DNA of 53,182 bases, counting the filler, from Sphacelaria rigidula (lineage: Eukaryota): the NCBI GenBank assembly GCA_964200075.2. It is 4 parts of 4 records of this genome, joined end to end, with 100 filler letters (N's around TTAATTAATTAA, not from the genome) between each part and the next. Parts side by side here need not be neighbours in the genome. Positions count along the whole stretch, not along the records: positions 39,965 to 53,182 come from CAXNAA020003059.1; 3 more parts are not named here. One strand, written 5' to 3'. Every line of letters starts with the position of its first letter. Position 1 is the stretch's first letter. Shown in pieces: positions 51,245-53,182 of the stretch. A program made the position numbers and the translations under genes. A model generated the notes under the pieces. It was not told where the DNA came from and ran no database searches. It was given only the letters and a program-made list of their open reading frames with translations.

Positions 51245-52125
51245 ACAGTAATTTACAGCTGAATCAGGGGAATTTTGTCATTTTTTCGTAGTCCACGACT
51301 TTCATTAGTTTTTTCGCATGCCACCAGTCATCTCAGTGAACATTTGATCTCAAGATTTGGGGATCGGGAGATACTAGGCATCCGCTCCACATTCCGAAAC
51401 AAAAATCGCATTTGGGCTCAATATTGAACGTTTTTTTACCACGTTTCCTTTCGACTCCGGCGTAATGAGTAAGTCAATATAAAAAGTAAGGATCTGTCAT
51501 ATTTTTCAAGAGAGCGATCGGAATTGGTTCACCCCCCCCCTGTGCTATATAGCGCACGGCTCAGCAATTTTAGTTTTTAGGGTACTTGTCTGAACCTTTT
51601 CATGTAGTATTTTTCCTTAGCACTTGGAACTCCTAGCGTCGATAGATGTTAAGAAAATAATCAGGCCGTGCTCAGGGCATAATCATCAAGTTTGTGTTGT
51701 CGGGGTGATGCGGAGTAAGTGCCTAGTTTATCAGGGGGTGTTATCAACCGTCATTGGTTTAAAAAGGACACTTTTTCAGTTCTAGCGCAACAAATGGGTG
51801 TATTTTTTTTTACATTTATGTTTGTTTACGAGAACGACCAGCATCGTTTAAATGCTACATAAATACCCAAGGGCCACAACCTGCGGCTGGGTAGTCGCCG
51901 GACCCGCGAAAAACAGCCAGCGCGTGAGACGTCCAATATTCAGTGTAGTATAGATGAATTTGTTTCGGATTGTCAAGTGAGTGCCTAGTATCTCCCGCTC
52001 CCCAAACGTTGGGACCAAACGTCCACTGGGATGAGCGGTGGCACGCCAAGACACTTTACAGTATTAAAAATGGCCGAGTACAAACAAATTACAAAAATCC
52101 CCTAATTCAGCTGGAAACTACTTTG
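51245..52125. mobile_element. ~880-bp non-autonomous TIR element flanked by TATA
   Basis: 51245-51430 is an imperfect reverse complement of 51931-52125 (GGGAGATACTAGGCA / TGCCTAGTATCTCCC; CAGCTGAAT / ATTCAGCTG); TATA at 51241-44 and 52126-29. Confidence 0.75.
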
Positions 52126-53128
52126 TATACCTCCATACCGCAGATTGCTGTACATGTTAACAAACAAGCTGGGTGTTCTGTATGGAGATTTCCCCGCATA
52201 TTGAGTCTTCACGTGACTGCCATGACAAGACAGAGCAACCAAAACACGAACACACTACATCCCATGTACCTGATCGTGCTGTCTTTCCCGTATCCTAACT
52301 GTACTGTACCTAACTTCCATAGACATATGCGTATGCACCCACACCTGAGAGAAGGCTGTGGTCCCGGCAGAAGGATTTGGTGATACCGCGAACGCCGTCT
52401 CAGCTCGCGCGCCGACGGAGATTTGTTCTTGTAGTAGGTCCACCACGGGCAAGGTGGACATGGCCACAGGCTGTTAGTGACGTAGCAGCACAGGCAGCGA
52501 CGTCTGCTGCTGCGGCCGGCGCTGCCACCGTCACCGCTGCTGCTCCTGCTGCTGCTTCTGCTGCTGCTGCTTCTACTGCTCCTCCCGCTACTGACCTGCC
52601 CCATGCTTCTATCTCCGTATAACCTCACCTACACTATTTAGCGGGTGCCCCTCACTGTAGCGGTGAGATTCAAGTCCGGCAGGGTGTGTTTCATGTTCAC
52701 GTCGCTATATTCCTCGCGTGTTGTTGAAGAGTCGGTGTACATCCTGCCACACGTGCCACCGAACAAACGAACAAACAGGCAGCGATTGGCCGAGGCTCCG
52801 TCTTTCGAAACATGCCGCCGGTTACACTTGCGTTGATTGGCTCCGTGACTGACAGAGTATATCCACCGCACATCCCGTTCTCCGCATGATTGATTCCCCG
52901 AATTACTTTCTTGGCGTACGGATTTTCTGGCTCTTCGGGTCATTGTTTATTCCGCCATGTGAGTGTGTTGTCTCATCTCAAGGAAATAGATCATAGAAGC
53001 TGCAACTACTCTCCTCGTATTTACCCGCACCCATCTCTACTCCACACACACGAACGAATGCGCGGCCTTGTCCAAGTGGCTCGGAAATTCGCGACCCACG
53101 AGGCTATCGCTCCCATGACCCTGTGGTG

Positions 53129-53129
<1 letters not shown>

Positions 53130-53176
<47 letters not shown>

Positions 53177-53182
53177 CGTTGT
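53130..53182. repeat. (TTG)n microsatellite at the contig end
   Basis: Seen directly. Confidence 0.95.

Noticed and set aside
52209..52943. Ala-rich (+) and 101-aa (-) ORFs as exons
   Set aside because: Driven by (CTG)n low complexity; splice signals are weak and strand is ambiguous

Overview
Eukaryotic, intron-rich, transposon-littered DNA. It is most consistent with a brown alga or related stramenopile; this is an inference from the RTE-type LINEs, intron style and gene content. The window is not one locus: three 100-bp N44-TTAATTAATTAA-N44 linkers join four segments of 13224, 13221, 13219 and 13218 bp, i.e. size-sorted, probably unrelated contigs. Segment 1 (1-13224) holds a foldback element, a SINE-like repeat (2 copies), two decayed RTE LINE fragments and microsatellites. 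Segment 2 (13325-26545) holds a low-complexity multi-exon orphan gene (-) arranged head-to-head with the 5' part of a MAD2 (HORMA) gene (+). A full-length plant-type mariner (TA TSD, 30-bp TIRs, DD40D spacing, one nonsense codon) sits in its predicted second intron. Segment 3 (26646-39864) holds the last two exons of a sulfotransferase and an ~8-kb hAT transposon with a 6-exon BED-finger transposase pseudogene and unusual AGCT-rich subterminal arrays. Segment 4 (39965-53182) holds a degenerate satellite, a LINE RT relic, several MITE/foldback elements, an old internally deleted Ty1/copia element and a (TTG)n run. No rRNA, tRNA or CRISPR array is seen. I found no clearly new multi-gene system; the most unusual items are transposon architectures and a short dispersed repeat.
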